DNA of 60,239 nucleotides. It comes from a virus. Its lineage: Duplodnaviria > Caudoviricetes. The stretch is taken from the IMG/VR virus record IMGVR_UViG_3300045738_002385, positions 1 through 60,239 of that record. One strand, 5' to 3'. The notes beneath the pieces are model-generated. The model made no database searches. It was not told the origin of the DNA and saw only the letters and a list, made by a program, of their open reading frames with translations. Shown one piece after another: positions 7,940 through 18,015 of this stretch (the stretch's first letter is position 1; each line of letters begins with the position of its first letter). Position numbers and translations under genes: made by a program.

Positions 7940-8873
7940 CTGTAAAATTTGCGAAAAAGAATTTGATTTAGATAAACAGCTTCACTCCCACCTAAGGGCT
8001 CACAAGCTGAGAATGGCTGAATATTACCAGACCCATTTTCCTCGGTACGATGTATACGATAAAAAGATTATTAAATTCAAAAACAAAAAACAGTATTTTG
8101 AATCGGACTTTAATTCAAGAACCAACTTGCGCCTATGGTTAAAATCAATTACAGAAGAAGAAGCAAAAGAATACTGCTCAAAGCTACTGTCAGACAGAAA
8201 AGAGCAGAAGGAGCTAATATACTCCCCCACACAAGTAGAATTAAGATCTTTAACCTCCCCACCGATGCAATATTTTAATGAGGTTTTTGGGTGGGATGGA
8301 TATTATAAATTATGCAGCTCATTAGGATACAAAAATAAACACAAAATTTTTAACGACATTGTCTCTGGGGCAGAATATGATAAACCAGAATACGTTATAT
8401 ATGTTGACACAAGAGAACAAAAACCGCTTAAATTCGAAAAAAGAAAAATACAAGTAAAAAAACTAGACTACGGAGACTATACATTCAGCGACAGCAGGGC
8501 AACATGTAATTGTTATATAGAAAGAAAATCTTTATCAGACTTTATAGGAACAATGAGTGCGGGATACGAAAGGTTCAATAACGAAATAAAAAGAGCAACG
8601 GAAAACGAAGCATACCTAATTGTCCTCGTAGAGGAAACCCTTTCTAAGGCTACAAGTTTTCAGTTCTTGCCTTACATATCAAAGAAAATAAAAGCTACCC
8701 CAGAATTTATCTTTCATAGAGTAAGGGCCCTAATCCAAAAATATCCTAATATTCAATTTTTGTTTGTAAACGGAAGGAAAGAGTCTTCTAGGGTAATGGA
8801 AAGAATTTTCACAAGCGGATGCGTACACAGACAAGCAGACCTTCAACTGGCCTACGATTTAAAGAAGCTATAA
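7932..8873 (+). CDS. C2H2 zinc finger plus ERCC4/XPF-type nuclease
   Basis: CKIC...HLRAH at the N-terminus; VDTREQ, GDY and IERKSLSDF nuclease motifs. Confidence 0.85.
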   Translation: MVNCKICEKEFDLDKQLHSHLRAHKLRMAEYYQTHFPRYDVYDKKIIKFKNKKQYFESDFNSRTNLRLWLKSITEEEAKEYCSKLLSDRKEQKELIYSPTQVELRSLTSPPMQYFNEVFGWDGYYKLCSSLGYKNKHKIFNDIVSGAEYDKPEYVIYVDTREQKPLKFEKRKIQVKKLDYGDYTFSDSRATCNCYIERKSLSDFIGTMSAGYERFNNEIKRATENEAYLIVLVEETLSKATSFQFLPYISKKIKATPEFIFHRVRALIQKYPNIQFLFVNGRKESSRVMERIFTSGCVHRQADLQLAYDLKKL

Positions 8874-8874
8874 C

Positions 8875-10695
8875 ATGTGGTATACTCCAGAAAAATATAA
8901 AAAGGAACTCCCCGACATTCATAAGGAGCTGCTTTCCATGAAGGGCGAACTGCAAAGCAAGGAAGCTAAGATCTCTTTGGCTAAGTTTCTAAGGGCAAAT
9001 TTAGGGCTAACAACAGAGCTTATTTCTGGAATAAAATTAGCACCCTACCAAGAGATTACTCTAAAAGGATTCATGAATAGGAATTTTTCCATGTGCGTGT
9101 GGGGACGTGGTTGTGGTAAAACTTTTATTGCAAGTGTATTTTGCTTCCTTCAATGCATATTCGAACCGGGCACAAAGATACTTATTGCTGGGCCGACGTT
9201 TAGAACTGCGAGGTTTATTTTCAATAACCTAGAGAATATAGTAGACTCAAAAGGTGCAGAGCTATTGGCTCAAGCTTTTGGGGCAAAATCAAAAAGAAAT
9301 GACCAATACGAATGGAAAATCAATGGAGGAACTATAACGGCCATCCCTTTAAACGGAGAAAAGATTCGTGGTTTTCGCGCTAATGTTCTGGTTCTGGACG
9401 AGTACCTATTATTACCAGAGGATCTTATCAATACAGTTCTTATGCCGTTTCTTGTCGCTCCACAGAATATGAAAGAAAGATTAGCCATAAGAGAAGTGGA
9501 AGACAGGATGATAAAAGAAGGGGCCATGAAAGAAGAAGACAGAATGGAATTTGAAAACAATTCAAAAATGATAGCCCTTTCGTCCGCATCATACACCTTC
9601 GAAAACCTTTACAGAACATACAGGGAGTGGGAAGCCAATATACAAAGCACAAAACATAAAGGAAATGCAACTTACTTTATTTCCCAGATGGGATACGAAG
9701 CCCTTCCCAAGGAAATGATCGACCCAATAATCATAGAAGAAGCCCTGTCTGGTGGAATCTCAAGCGCCTCTTTCCAGCGAGAATATTGCGCTCAGTTTAC
9801 TGATGGGTCAGACAGCTATTTTAGTGCGAAGAAGATGCACGAATGCACTATACCAGACGGAGAAAGCCCAACGATAAAAATAAACGGAGACAAAGGCCAA
9901 AAATATATAGTAGGAATTGACCCTAGCTTTAGTAACAGCCCATCATCTGACTTTTTTGCGATGTCTGTGTTGGAGCTCGATGATGAAACCCAGCAGTCTA
10001 CCCTTGTTCACAGCTACGCCGTTGCTGGTGGCGATCTTAAAGATCATATAAAATATTTTACCTACATCATGAATAGCTTCAATGTTGAAATGGTTATTAT
10101 AGATAATGCTGGTTATCAATTTTTAGATAGCTGTAATGAGTCCCCAGAGTTCAAGAAGAAGATAAGCCTCTTTGATTTCAATAGCGAGGATGAAGGGCAA
10201 GACTACGAAAAGATGCTGAGGCACGCAAGAAGAAAATACAACAAACAAAACGGGACAATAGCATTCAAGCAGGTTTTCACAACCAGTTTTATACGCATGG
10301 CAAACGAACACCTACAGGCCAACATAGATCACAAAAGGGTATGGTTTGCCTCAAGGGCGACAGCCAATAGCTCGGCATTCGAAAAAATATCCAACCAATC
10401 CTTGTCGTTCAGATTACCTCCAGAAGAATCGATTTTGGACCATATAGAGAACCAAGACAACTTAATATATCAAACAAAAAAACAATGCGCACTAGTAGAA
10501 GTGAAAAGCACAGCCAAGGGCAGCCAGACATTTGATCTTCCGCTACACCTTAAGAGAAGCACTTCCGCAAGCAAGGCCAGAAAAGATAACTATACTACTC
10601 TTATGTTGGCAAACTGGGCGGTGAAATCATATTATGATATGATGTCAACACCAGTCGAATCAGGGGACACTTTTAATCCCATCATGATTAATTAA
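8875..10695 (+). CDS. terL: Terminase large subunit
   Basis: Walker A GRGCGKT, IRGFRANVLVLDE (Walker B), SSA coupling motif, FQREYCAQF, GIDP and DNY RNase H-like nuclease motifs. Confidence 0.93.
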   Translation: MWYTPEKYKKELPDIHKELLSMKGELQSKEAKISLAKFLRANLGLTTELISGIKLAPYQEITLKGFMNRNFSMCVWGRGCGKTFIASVFCFLQCIFEPGTKILIAGPTFRTARFIFNNLENIVDSKGAELLAQAFGAKSKRNDQYEWKINGGTITAIPLNGEKIRGFRANVLVLDEYLLLPEDLINTVLMPFLVAPQNMKERLAIREVEDRMIKEGAMKEEDRMEFENNSKMIALSSASYTFENLYRTYREWEANIQSTKHKGNATYFISQMGYEALPKEMIDPIIIEEALSGGISSASFQREYCAQFTDGSDSYFSAKKMHECTIPDGESPTIKINGDKGQKYIVGIDPSFSNSPSSDFFAMSVLELDDETQQSTLVHSYAVAGGDLKDHIKYFTYIMNSFNVEMVIIDNAGYQFLDSCNESPEFKKKISLFDFNSEDEGQDYEKMLRHARRKYNKQNGTIAFKQVFTTSFIRMANEHLQANIDHKRVWFASRATANSSAFEKISNQSLSFRLPPEESILDHIENQDNLIYQTKKQCALVEVKSTAKGSQTFDLPLHLKRSTSASKARKDNYTTLMLANWAVKSYYDMMSTPVESGDTFNPIMIN

Positions 10696-10712
10696 AGTGT
10701 AATTTATCTAAA

Positions 10713-12725
10713 ATGAAGGAAAAAGGAACAAAAACAACGAACGCGTCCAAAAGGGCAGCTCCGAGCAAAATGGCTCCGAGAAAGAAGGTTCAAGAGGCTA
10801 TTGCAAGCTCCCCTCCATTAATGACGGGGGAGTATGAATCTACCGCGAGCACGACGAGTACGCGCAGCAGAAGAAACAGGGCGGGCTCAATACACAGGAC
10901 GGATCGGTTCAAGAATATAGAAGACGGTTTGGTTCCATTTCATTATTCTTCAGGGGCAGAAAACAAATCTAATCTAAATGTCAGAGACGCAGTCATGCTC
11001 TGTCAAAAAGCTTATTATAATTTTGCTATTTTTAGAAACACCATAGATCTTATGACGGAGTTTTCCATAAGCTCAATATACTACAGGGGTGCAAGCAAAA
11101 AATCTCGTGATTTTTTCGAGAGCTATTTCAAGAAGATAAACATATGGGCATTACAAGATCAATTTTTTAGAGAATATTATAGATCTGGAAACGTTTTTTT
11201 ATATAGGCTTGACGCGAACCTAAGAAGGAAGGACGTTAACAAAATTACAAAAACCTTTGGTGGAACATCCTCCGCAAGGGTATTACTTCCCTCCAGATAC
11301 ATTGTCTTAAACCCAGCAGATATTCAAATTGCAGGTTCTGCAAGTTTTGCTACAGGAAACTACTACAAGGTCCTGAGCGATTACGAACTAGAGAGACTAA
11401 GGAGCCCAAGGACGGAAGAGGATGAACAAATTTTACAAAACCTAGATCCAGAGATAAGAGAGAAAATTCAAACAAAGGGAAACAGCCTAGTCCTACTCCC
11501 CCTTGGTACTGACAAAATTACTGCCGTCTTCTATAAGAAGCAAGACTACGAGCCCTTTGCAATACCAATGGGGTACCCAGTTTTAGCAGATATAAACTGG
11601 AAAGAGGAAATGAAAAAGATGGACATGGCCATAACAAGAACCACCCAACAGGCCATACTCTTGGTTACTATGGGTGCAGAGCCAGACAAGGGGGGAGTAA
11701 ACCAAAAGAACCTTCAAGCCATGCAAAACCTTTTCCAAAACGAGTCCGTGGGGAGAGTTTTAATTGCAGACTATACAACCAAGGCTGAATTTGTTATTCC
11801 CGACATTGCTTCTATTCTTGACCCAAAGAAGTACGAAGTAGTGAACAGCGATATACAAATTGGGCTGAATAACATATTTGTTGGTACCGGAGAAAGATTT
11901 GCAAACCAAAACATAAAAGTAGAAATTTTCATAGGAAGACTGAGGCAGGCGAGACAGGCGTTTATAAACGATTTCCTGTTACCAGAGATCAAAAGAATTT
12001 CCAAACAGCTCGGTTTTAAAAATTTCCCCAGACCTGAGTTTGAAAGGATATCCCTAAAAGATGATACAAATATATCTAGAATTTATAATAGACTTATAGA
12101 GATTGGTGTTCTTACTCCAGAAGAGGGCGTAACAGCTATTGAAACGGGCAAACTTCCGGACTCGGACGACTCAGTAGCCAACCAAACGGCGTACAAGAAA
12201 ATGAGAGATAAGGGTCTTTATGAACCTGTAACGGGTGGGCCTTATACCCAGATTAAGCTCGGGAAGATGAGTGCGGCGACAAAAGAAACCAACTTTCAAC
12301 CCGGCCAAACAAGCAAGGACTCGGGAAGACCGTCAGGGACAAAGTCTCCACAGACAACCAAAAAAGTTAGCCCCGTCGGTCAGGGACAAAAGAGTGCCCC
12401 AGCTAAGTCGGTGGCAACATTTAGTCTTTCAAAGGTAACAGACAATTTAATACTAGCTAGTTCATTAAACAAGCTTGTCGAAGCGGAATTAAGGAAAAAG
12501 AATAAAATTAAAAGGCTTAATAAGAATCAAAAGGAAGTTGCAGAGGGCATTGCTTCGGTTATAGTCGCTAACGAAGACCCAAAGAATTGGAAAAAGAAAG
12601 TAAGCGCTTACGTTGCCAAGCCCGTAGATACAAATCCCGACAGGATAGACAAGATCCAAGGTATAGCTTTAGAGCACCAAGTGGATCAATATCTGGCCAG
12701 CATTCTTTATGTAAGCAAAACATAA
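10713..12725 (+). CDS. Portal protein
   Basis: Directly after terL; FRNTIDLMTEF, REYYRSGNVF and KKQDYEPFAIP portal-like segments; GTGTAA at 10697. Confidence 0.8.
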   Translation: MKEKGTKTTNASKRAAPSKMAPRKKVQEAIASSPPLMTGEYESTASTTSTRSRRNRAGSIHRTDRFKNIEDGLVPFHYSSGAENKSNLNVRDAVMLCQKAYYNFAIFRNTIDLMTEFSISSIYYRGASKKSRDFFESYFKKINIWALQDQFFREYYRSGNVFLYRLDANLRRKDVNKITKTFGGTSSARVLLPSRYIVLNPADIQIAGSASFATGNYYKVLSDYELERLRSPRTEEDEQILQNLDPEIREKIQTKGNSLVLLPLGTDKITAVFYKKQDYEPFAIPMGYPVLADINWKEEMKKMDMAITRTTQQAILLVTMGAEPDKGGVNQKNLQAMQNLFQNESVGRVLIADYTTKAEFVIPDIASILDPKKYEVVNSDIQIGLNNIFVGTGERFANQNIKVEIFIGRLRQARQAFINDFLLPEIKRISKQLGFKNFPRPEFERISLKDDTNISRIYNRLIEIGVLTPEEGVTAIETGKLPDSDDSVANQTAYKKMRDKGLYEPVTGGPYTQIKLGKMSAATKETNFQPGQTSKDSGRPSGTKSPQTTKKVSPVGQGQKSAPAKSVATFSLSKVTDNLILASSLNKLVEAELRKKNKIKRLNKNQKEVAEGIASVIVANEDPKNWKKKVSAYVAKPVDTNPDRIDKIQGIALEHQVDQYLASILYVSKT

Positions 12726-12734
12726 AGGATAACA

Positions 12735-15700
12735 ATGGCCAAGAAGACAAAAATATCCTATAACGTACAAGACCTTCTCATAGGGAACCCTCTGGATATA
12801 TACGAGAATCCGTTGTTCTATGGTGATCTTTTAAACCCCCTAACCAAGGGTTTAATTTTCTGGCTTGATGCCGACGACGAGTCTACTTACTACGACGCGA
12901 TGGAGCCGGGAGAAACGGGCTCGTACATTATGAAGGACAAGGCTGTGGGCGGGTATATATGGGCCTATGCCCCAAACGGTGATCCTCTCAAAATAAAAAA
13001 AAGAGCCATAAATAACAAACCTGCCCTGTCCCTGAACGGGGTTGATCATTGGTTATTTATGAAGCTTAAATTCCCCTCCGAGAATTGGCCCGGTACGGGG
13101 TCTCCGCCGACGGACGGGTACGAAGTCGATTCGGGGCATACAATTTTTGTCGTTGCTCAACCGGGGTGGAGGAATGACGGCGATTATGGTAACCCGTCTG
13201 ATGCTGGACTAATAAGTATTTCTGACAACGGCGTGTCCGCCTCGGGCGCGGTCGTCGACGGCAATGCCCTCTACAAAAGGGCAATAACTCAGCACTACAG
13301 CTCCTCATCCGGCTTAAGAACATATGCCTATTTCGGGAGCGGGTCCAAATACAGAAGGTGGGATTGGGCTGGAAACCCAAACAACAAACCTCACATTTAC
13401 GTGAGCAAGTACAACGGAGGAACTTCTCACAGCGGAACGGGCCTCTGGGTTGATGGGGTAGGGTCGAATTATGACAGCAATGTCCCCCAGAATACCAATA
13501 ATTGCCGATACCTTTTTCTCGGAAGAGTCAACCATTACTGGAAGGGGTACATTGCTGAAGTTTTAATTTTTAATACCCTTCTTAGCGGAGATGAAACGCG
13601 AACCATAGAAAACTATTTAGCAAACAAATGGGGTATTATGTCTTATTTACCTGATGGCGGCAGTAGCTCTGGCGTTCCCTTTGGGGAATCGGGTAGCCAT
13701 TGGAATCCGCAACAAAGCAAGGGCTCGTGGATGGAAGTGCCAAAGAGATTAAATAGAGTACAAGACTTTAAATATAGCTTTAGCCAAGAAAGACAAGAGA
13801 TAGGCGTCATCGGGCCGAGACACGGCCTTTCATACGAAAATTTTCGTGGGGATTCATCAAGGGAACATAAGAAGCCAACAGTCGTAGAGTGCAATTTTAG
13901 CTATAAGCTTGACGGCGGACAAAACGAGAAAAGACTTGGATTTAATGTCCGGGACCAAATTGGAGAAAGTATGTTCGTTGATTCAGATCTGGACCCAGTT
14001 CTATCCGATGCTACGCAAGGAATTCATTCGAAACCGACTCCGTCTTTTGTGGCGGATATTCTCCACAACGCAGGGTATTACGATAGCAGAAATCTATATC
14101 TAATAACCAACAACAAAGAAGAAGACATTCATCAACACATAGAAGGCTACCCCAACTACGTCACTGGTATAAATCAGATAAGCGGAATCGCAGACCCAGA
14201 AGCCGTGGACTACAGCGTCATGTGCCTTCAGGATTGTCATATCAATAATTATACTGTTAGTTTCGGCGTGGGGGAAGTTCCAAGCGCAAGCGTAAGCATG
14301 ACTGCAAACAACGCATCTTTTTATTCTTCCGGAAGCGGATACGCAGTACCTAGGTTTAACAAAAAACGTAACCTTGTAGAATCAACAAACAAGAAACTAG
14401 TAATACCAAAACATTTTGTAGAAACAAATGAAGAACTCCAGAGGCCACTCGAAGTTTTTGAGCCGGGAGAAATAAGCGTCTCGATACAAAAGATACACAA
14501 ACACCGGGAAGAAAAGGGTCACAGAAATCAAAAACCTATGTATCTTTTTGAAGGTCCCCAAGCGGAGGTAGACATGTGGGTAGAGCAGGGAGGAACAGCC
14601 TCCTATCATGTGAACAGCCAGCAGCCGCCAAAAACGTCTATTCAATTTACTTGTAACACGTCTTCCTCAGCTCATTATATGTCTAGATCTATCCTCACCG
14701 TAGGCAAGACTTACAGGGCGTCAGGATGGATATGGCTTGGCACCGCATGCCCAAATTTAAAACAGATTTGGATAAACAACAACGCCACATGGTATGACCT
14801 TAATATTATAATGGAAGCTCATGATGGATGGGTATATTTTGAATCGGAATTTTTGGCATATGACCCAAAGATATATTTACATGGGCGTGACGCAAGCGGT
14901 GGCCTTTTCTTTACAACCTCTGCGCAAGATTTATTTTACCTTGGAGGCCTTGAGGTGGATGAAGTCGTTGGTCCAGATTTTTATAGCGATCCTGTACATA
15001 CGTTTGTAATAGACGATTTTTATACTTCAGATTGGGGGATAGTGTCTGATCCGGGAGATCACGGATGGACAAATATTCGAATGTTTTTTGATTATGGGGG
15101 TGATCCTGCATGGGTCGATATGGGGGCTACCACGTCGAATGATTCCCATTATATATATCAAGATTTTACCGAGATTACCGTTGGCAAAAAATATAAAATC
15201 AAAGGTAGCGTTTATATACCTTCTGCAAACCCAACATGTGATAGTGTCGTTATTGAACAAGGCACTAACAACTCCGTTGACGGTGGCGGTAACATAGTAG
15301 CTCACCTCAGCGCGGGAATTACTAATGAGTGGGTAGACTTCGATGTAAATTTCACCGCCGAGGTTGAGGACAGTCCACAAAGAATGTACTTCTATGGACT
15401 ACCGAATGATAAGGATGACTACAGGTGGGCGGGCGGTGGAGCGGGCAGCTATGATTTCTTTAGACTTGGAAATATTGCAATATCAGAAGTAAAACCAACT
15501 TTTTTCAACGACTCCGTACAATCATTTTCAATAGACCTAAATCTAAACAGAAAAACAACCCATCACTACCTTGGCGATATGCGCCCAGACGATACTCCCG
15601 TTCAGCTTCCGGTAAAAATAAAGGTTGATCTTTCTATATTGACAACAGGTCACAAAGAGGGATCCCTTGTTGACGTTTTTTTAGATGATGCAGACTACAA

Positions 15701-16040
15701 CATAACGCTGTTGGCCAAGAAAGAAGCTAAGGGAGGTGTGTCAGCGTTAATTATGGAGTATGGGCTTTCAGGCTGCAAGCTGGACAACGTTTCAGAAAAT
15801 GGATCCATTGGAACCAACAAGATCACGGACTTGTCATTTAGCACCCAAATAAGCGAGACTATCCCGTCGTTAGCTTTTGGCAGTAGACAAGGAGGCAGGG
15901 AAGGCTTGTTTGTTAGCGGGACGATCATGGAGATGCGCTGGGACGTATATGATGACGCGGCTTTTTCTGATCGCATTATCGCTTATGAAGATTACGCTGA
16001 TCAAGAGGATGTCGTTTATAGCTCAAACCCCATATTTTAA
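12735..16040 (+). CDS. Tail-tube paralog with inserted LamG-like and carbohydrate-binding-like domains
   Basis: Segments align by eye with 57663-59033 (RLNRVQDFKYSF vs RLHRIQDVSYSF; GLFVSG vs GLFMSG); LIFWLDADD...GYIAEVLIFN...ENYLANKWG LamG-like insert. Confidence 0.7.
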   Translation: MAKKTKISYNVQDLLIGNPLDIYENPLFYGDLLNPLTKGLIFWLDADDESTYYDAMEPGETGSYIMKDKAVGGYIWAYAPNGDPLKIKKRAINNKPALSLNGVDHWLFMKLKFPSENWPGTGSPPTDGYEVDSGHTIFVVAQPGWRNDGDYGNPSDAGLISISDNGVSASGAVVDGNALYKRAITQHYSSSSGLRTYAYFGSGSKYRRWDWAGNPNNKPHIYVSKYNGGTSHSGTGLWVDGVGSNYDSNVPQNTNNCRYLFLGRVNHYWKGYIAEVLIFNTLLSGDETRTIENYLANKWGIMSYLPDGGSSSGVPFGESGSHWNPQQSKGSWMEVPKRLNRVQDFKYSFSQERQEIGVIGPRHGLSYENFRGDSSREHKKPTVVECNFSYKLDGGQNEKRLGFNVRDQIGESMFVDSDLDPVLSDATQGIHSKPTPSFVADILHNAGYYDSRNLYLITNNKEEDIHQHIEGYPNYVTGINQISGIADPEAVDYSVMCLQDCHINNYTVSFGVGEVPSASVSMTANNASFYSSGSGYAVPRFNKKRNLVESTNKKLVIPKHFVETNEELQRPLEVFEPGEISVSIQKIHKHREEKGHRNQKPMYLFEGPQAEVDMWVEQGGTASYHVNSQQPPKTSIQFTCNTSSSAHYMSRSILTVGKTYRASGWIWLGTACPNLKQIWINNNATWYDLNIIMEAHDGWVYFESEFLAYDPKIYLHGRDASGGLFFTTSAQDLFYLGGLEVDEVVGPDFYSDPVHTFVIDDFYTSDWGIVSDPGDHGWTNIRMFFDYGGDPAWVDMGATTSNDSHYIYQDFTEITVGKKYKIKGSVYIPSANPTCDSVVIEQGTNNSVDGGGNIVAHLSAGITNEWVDFDVNFTAEVEDSPQRMYFYGLPNDKDDYRWAGGGAGSYDFFRLGNIAISEVKPTFFNDSVQSFSIDLNLNRKTTHHYLGDMRPDDTPVQLPVKIKVDLSILTTGHKEGSLVDVFLDDADYNITLLAKKEAKGGVSALIMEYGLSGCKLDNVSENGSIGTNKITDLSFSTQISETIPSLAFGSRQGGREGLFVSGTIMEMRWDVYDDAAFSDRIIAYEDYADQEDVVYSSNPIF

Positions 16041-16061
16041 TGTGTAATGTAGGATAGGACT

Positions 16062-17780
16062 ATGGCAAATATAAGGTTAAGGGACTTAAATCCAGCAAAA
16101 TTTCTAAACGATCTAGAGGTTGATAACGCAGTCAGAATAAACACCACTTTGTCGGAGGGGGCGCAATTAAAGGTTGAAGCGGATTCTGGTAACGCTTATG
16201 CGGCGCTGTTCAAAAAAGGCACTGCGGGGTATTGGTTTGCAGATGGCGCGATGTATTTTAATAGCGTCAACGGCATGTATATGGTGAACCAGAGTAGCTA
16301 CTTGCGCCTTGGGGCAAATAACGCCGAGATAATGAGGATGCAAAGTGGCAAAGTCGGCATAGGCACGGGGGGGGTCGTACCAACAGAAATTTTAACATTA
16401 AATTCATCTTCTAATACTAGACTTGTAGTGCAGGAAGCTGGTGCTGACAAAGGCTCGATAGGGGCTGGAGGAAGTGGTCTTTATATTCGCAATCTAGCGG
16501 GATCTATTTTATTTAGAAATATTGCCGATGCGACCACTATGAAGATTTTTGACAACGGGCATATAACTTTTGGATCGAACAATAATGTAGGATCCCAAAA
16601 CCATAGCTTTAATCCCGGTGCAAGCTATCCCCAAGATAGATGCAGCATTGCGTTGCACGCCCCCGCGATGGCGGGGGGCAAAAAAAATTGGTGCATGAGA
16701 ACGCTCCCACTTAGCGGCAGTACTTCTTATTCCTATCTTCAATTTAGACCACTCAATGATGATGGTACTGATCATGGGGATGGCACGTTTTTCTTTAATC
16801 ACCTTTTTAGTGATATAGTATTTAAATCTTCGAGTGGTTATCATTGTCAGCTTGATGTCGAATCTGTATCGGGCGAAGCATCGGTTAGGCTGCGCGGCAA
16901 GACTGCAGGAGGAGGGGCTGACTGGAACCTCCATGCTGATGATCAGGTCAATCTGTTTAGGATATGGCGGAACGGAGAAAACAGCTCGCCAAACTTATCC
17001 TTGAGGTCAACAGGAGTTTCCGGGCCCGGAGGAATAGGAATAGGAACCAATACTCTTGACGGAGGAGGAGTCACTTGGAAAACAAAAGCCAGAATACTTA
17101 AGATAGTAGGGGACAGCGATTCAGGCAGCCATTCGGTTGGTGATGAACAGGCAGGAGCGGGTATTGTTTTGTATGATACTGACGAAGGAAACACCACGAG
17201 GTCTTGGGCGATCTATCAGGAAGGCCTACTGTATAACAGTAAGCTAGCTTTCCAATTCGGGTGGATGCCGACCTCCGCTACGAAGATGAATTATTATGGC
17301 ACTTGGGCCTACAAGGGCGGAGTGCAGCAGACCGCTTGGATGCATTGGGGTACAACGGCGGGTAATAGTACAACCACCAACTATTTGCATATTAAAACCA
17401 ATTTAAAAAGATCAGATAACGATATGTTCCGTTTTCATTTCGAAGGTTATGCTTATGGTAATCGTAACATAATTGATTCTATTTGTGTCGGGTATATGTA
17501 TAGTGGGCACCCTAACTCATCTAACCCCATCACCACGAGAGTCATGAACAATGCCGGTACAGATGGCATCCATATAGCTACAGGCCTGTTCAACAACGGT
17601 ATGTATACAACATCCGTGTCAGATGGTGAATATTTGGTGGTTGTTTTTAAAATGCCGCCGGGCAGCAGATATTACTCCGGTTTCATAGGGACTGCTGTTA
17701 TGGCAGCGATGGCGGGTAAGGGTTATGAGGTTGTCCACAAAGACACCGCTGATGTGACGCATACGAACGAAGTCTGGTAA
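16062..17780 (+). CDS. Tail fibre-like virion protein
   Basis: GKVGIGT and GGIGIGT beta-rich fibre repeats; GTGTAA at 16042. Confidence 0.65.
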   Translation: MANIRLRDLNPAKFLNDLEVDNAVRINTTLSEGAQLKVEADSGNAYAALFKKGTAGYWFADGAMYFNSVNGMYMVNQSSYLRLGANNAEIMRMQSGKVGIGTGGVVPTEILTLNSSSNTRLVVQEAGADKGSIGAGGSGLYIRNLAGSILFRNIADATTMKIFDNGHITFGSNNNVGSQNHSFNPGASYPQDRCSIALHAPAMAGGKKNWCMRTLPLSGSTSYSYLQFRPLNDDGTDHGDGTFFFNHLFSDIVFKSSSGYHCQLDVESVSGEASVRLRGKTAGGGADWNLHADDQVNLFRIWRNGENSSPNLSLRSTGVSGPGGIGIGTNTLDGGGVTWKTKARILKIVGDSDSGSHSVGDEQAGAGIVLYDTDEGNTTRSWAIYQEGLLYNSKLAFQFGWMPTSATKMNYYGTWAYKGGVQQTAWMHWGTTAGNSTTTNYLHIKTNLKRSDNDMFRFHFEGYAYGNRNIIDSICVGYMYSGHPNSSNPITTRVMNNAGTDGIHIATGLFNNGMYTTSVSDGEYLVVVFKMPPGSRYYSGFIGTAVMAAMAGKGYEVVHKDTADVTHTNEVW

Positions 17781-17808
17781 TTAATTAGATTTATGAATTT
17801 TTTATTGT

Positions 17809-17814
17809 TATAAT
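17809..17814 (+). promoter_or_regulatory. Extended -10 sigma70-like promoter
   Basis: TGTTATAAT with ATG at 17821, suggesting a leaderless mRNA; heads the tubulin operon. Confidence 0.5.
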
Positions 17815-17820
17815 TATCAT

Positions 17821-18015
17821 ATGAACGAGAACATGCCAAAAATGAACGTAGAAGAAGCCTTTAATACTATTGTTAATCTAGTTAGGCAATCCAAGCTCAA
17901 CTGGGAAGAACACAGGGTGGTAGATGAGGCGGTAGACACTGTTTTGGAAGAATTAAATAAAAAAACAGAAACTCCAAAATTAGAAGTACCAAAGCCAAAA
18001 AAAGAAGACAAGTAA
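17821..18015 (+). CDS. Hypothetical protein (64 aa)
   Basis: ORF coupled by TAATG overlap to the tubulin-like gene. Confidence 0.7.
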   Translation: MNENMPKMNVEEAFNTIVNLVRQSKLNWEEHRVVDEAVDTVLEELNKKTETPKLEVPKPKKEDK

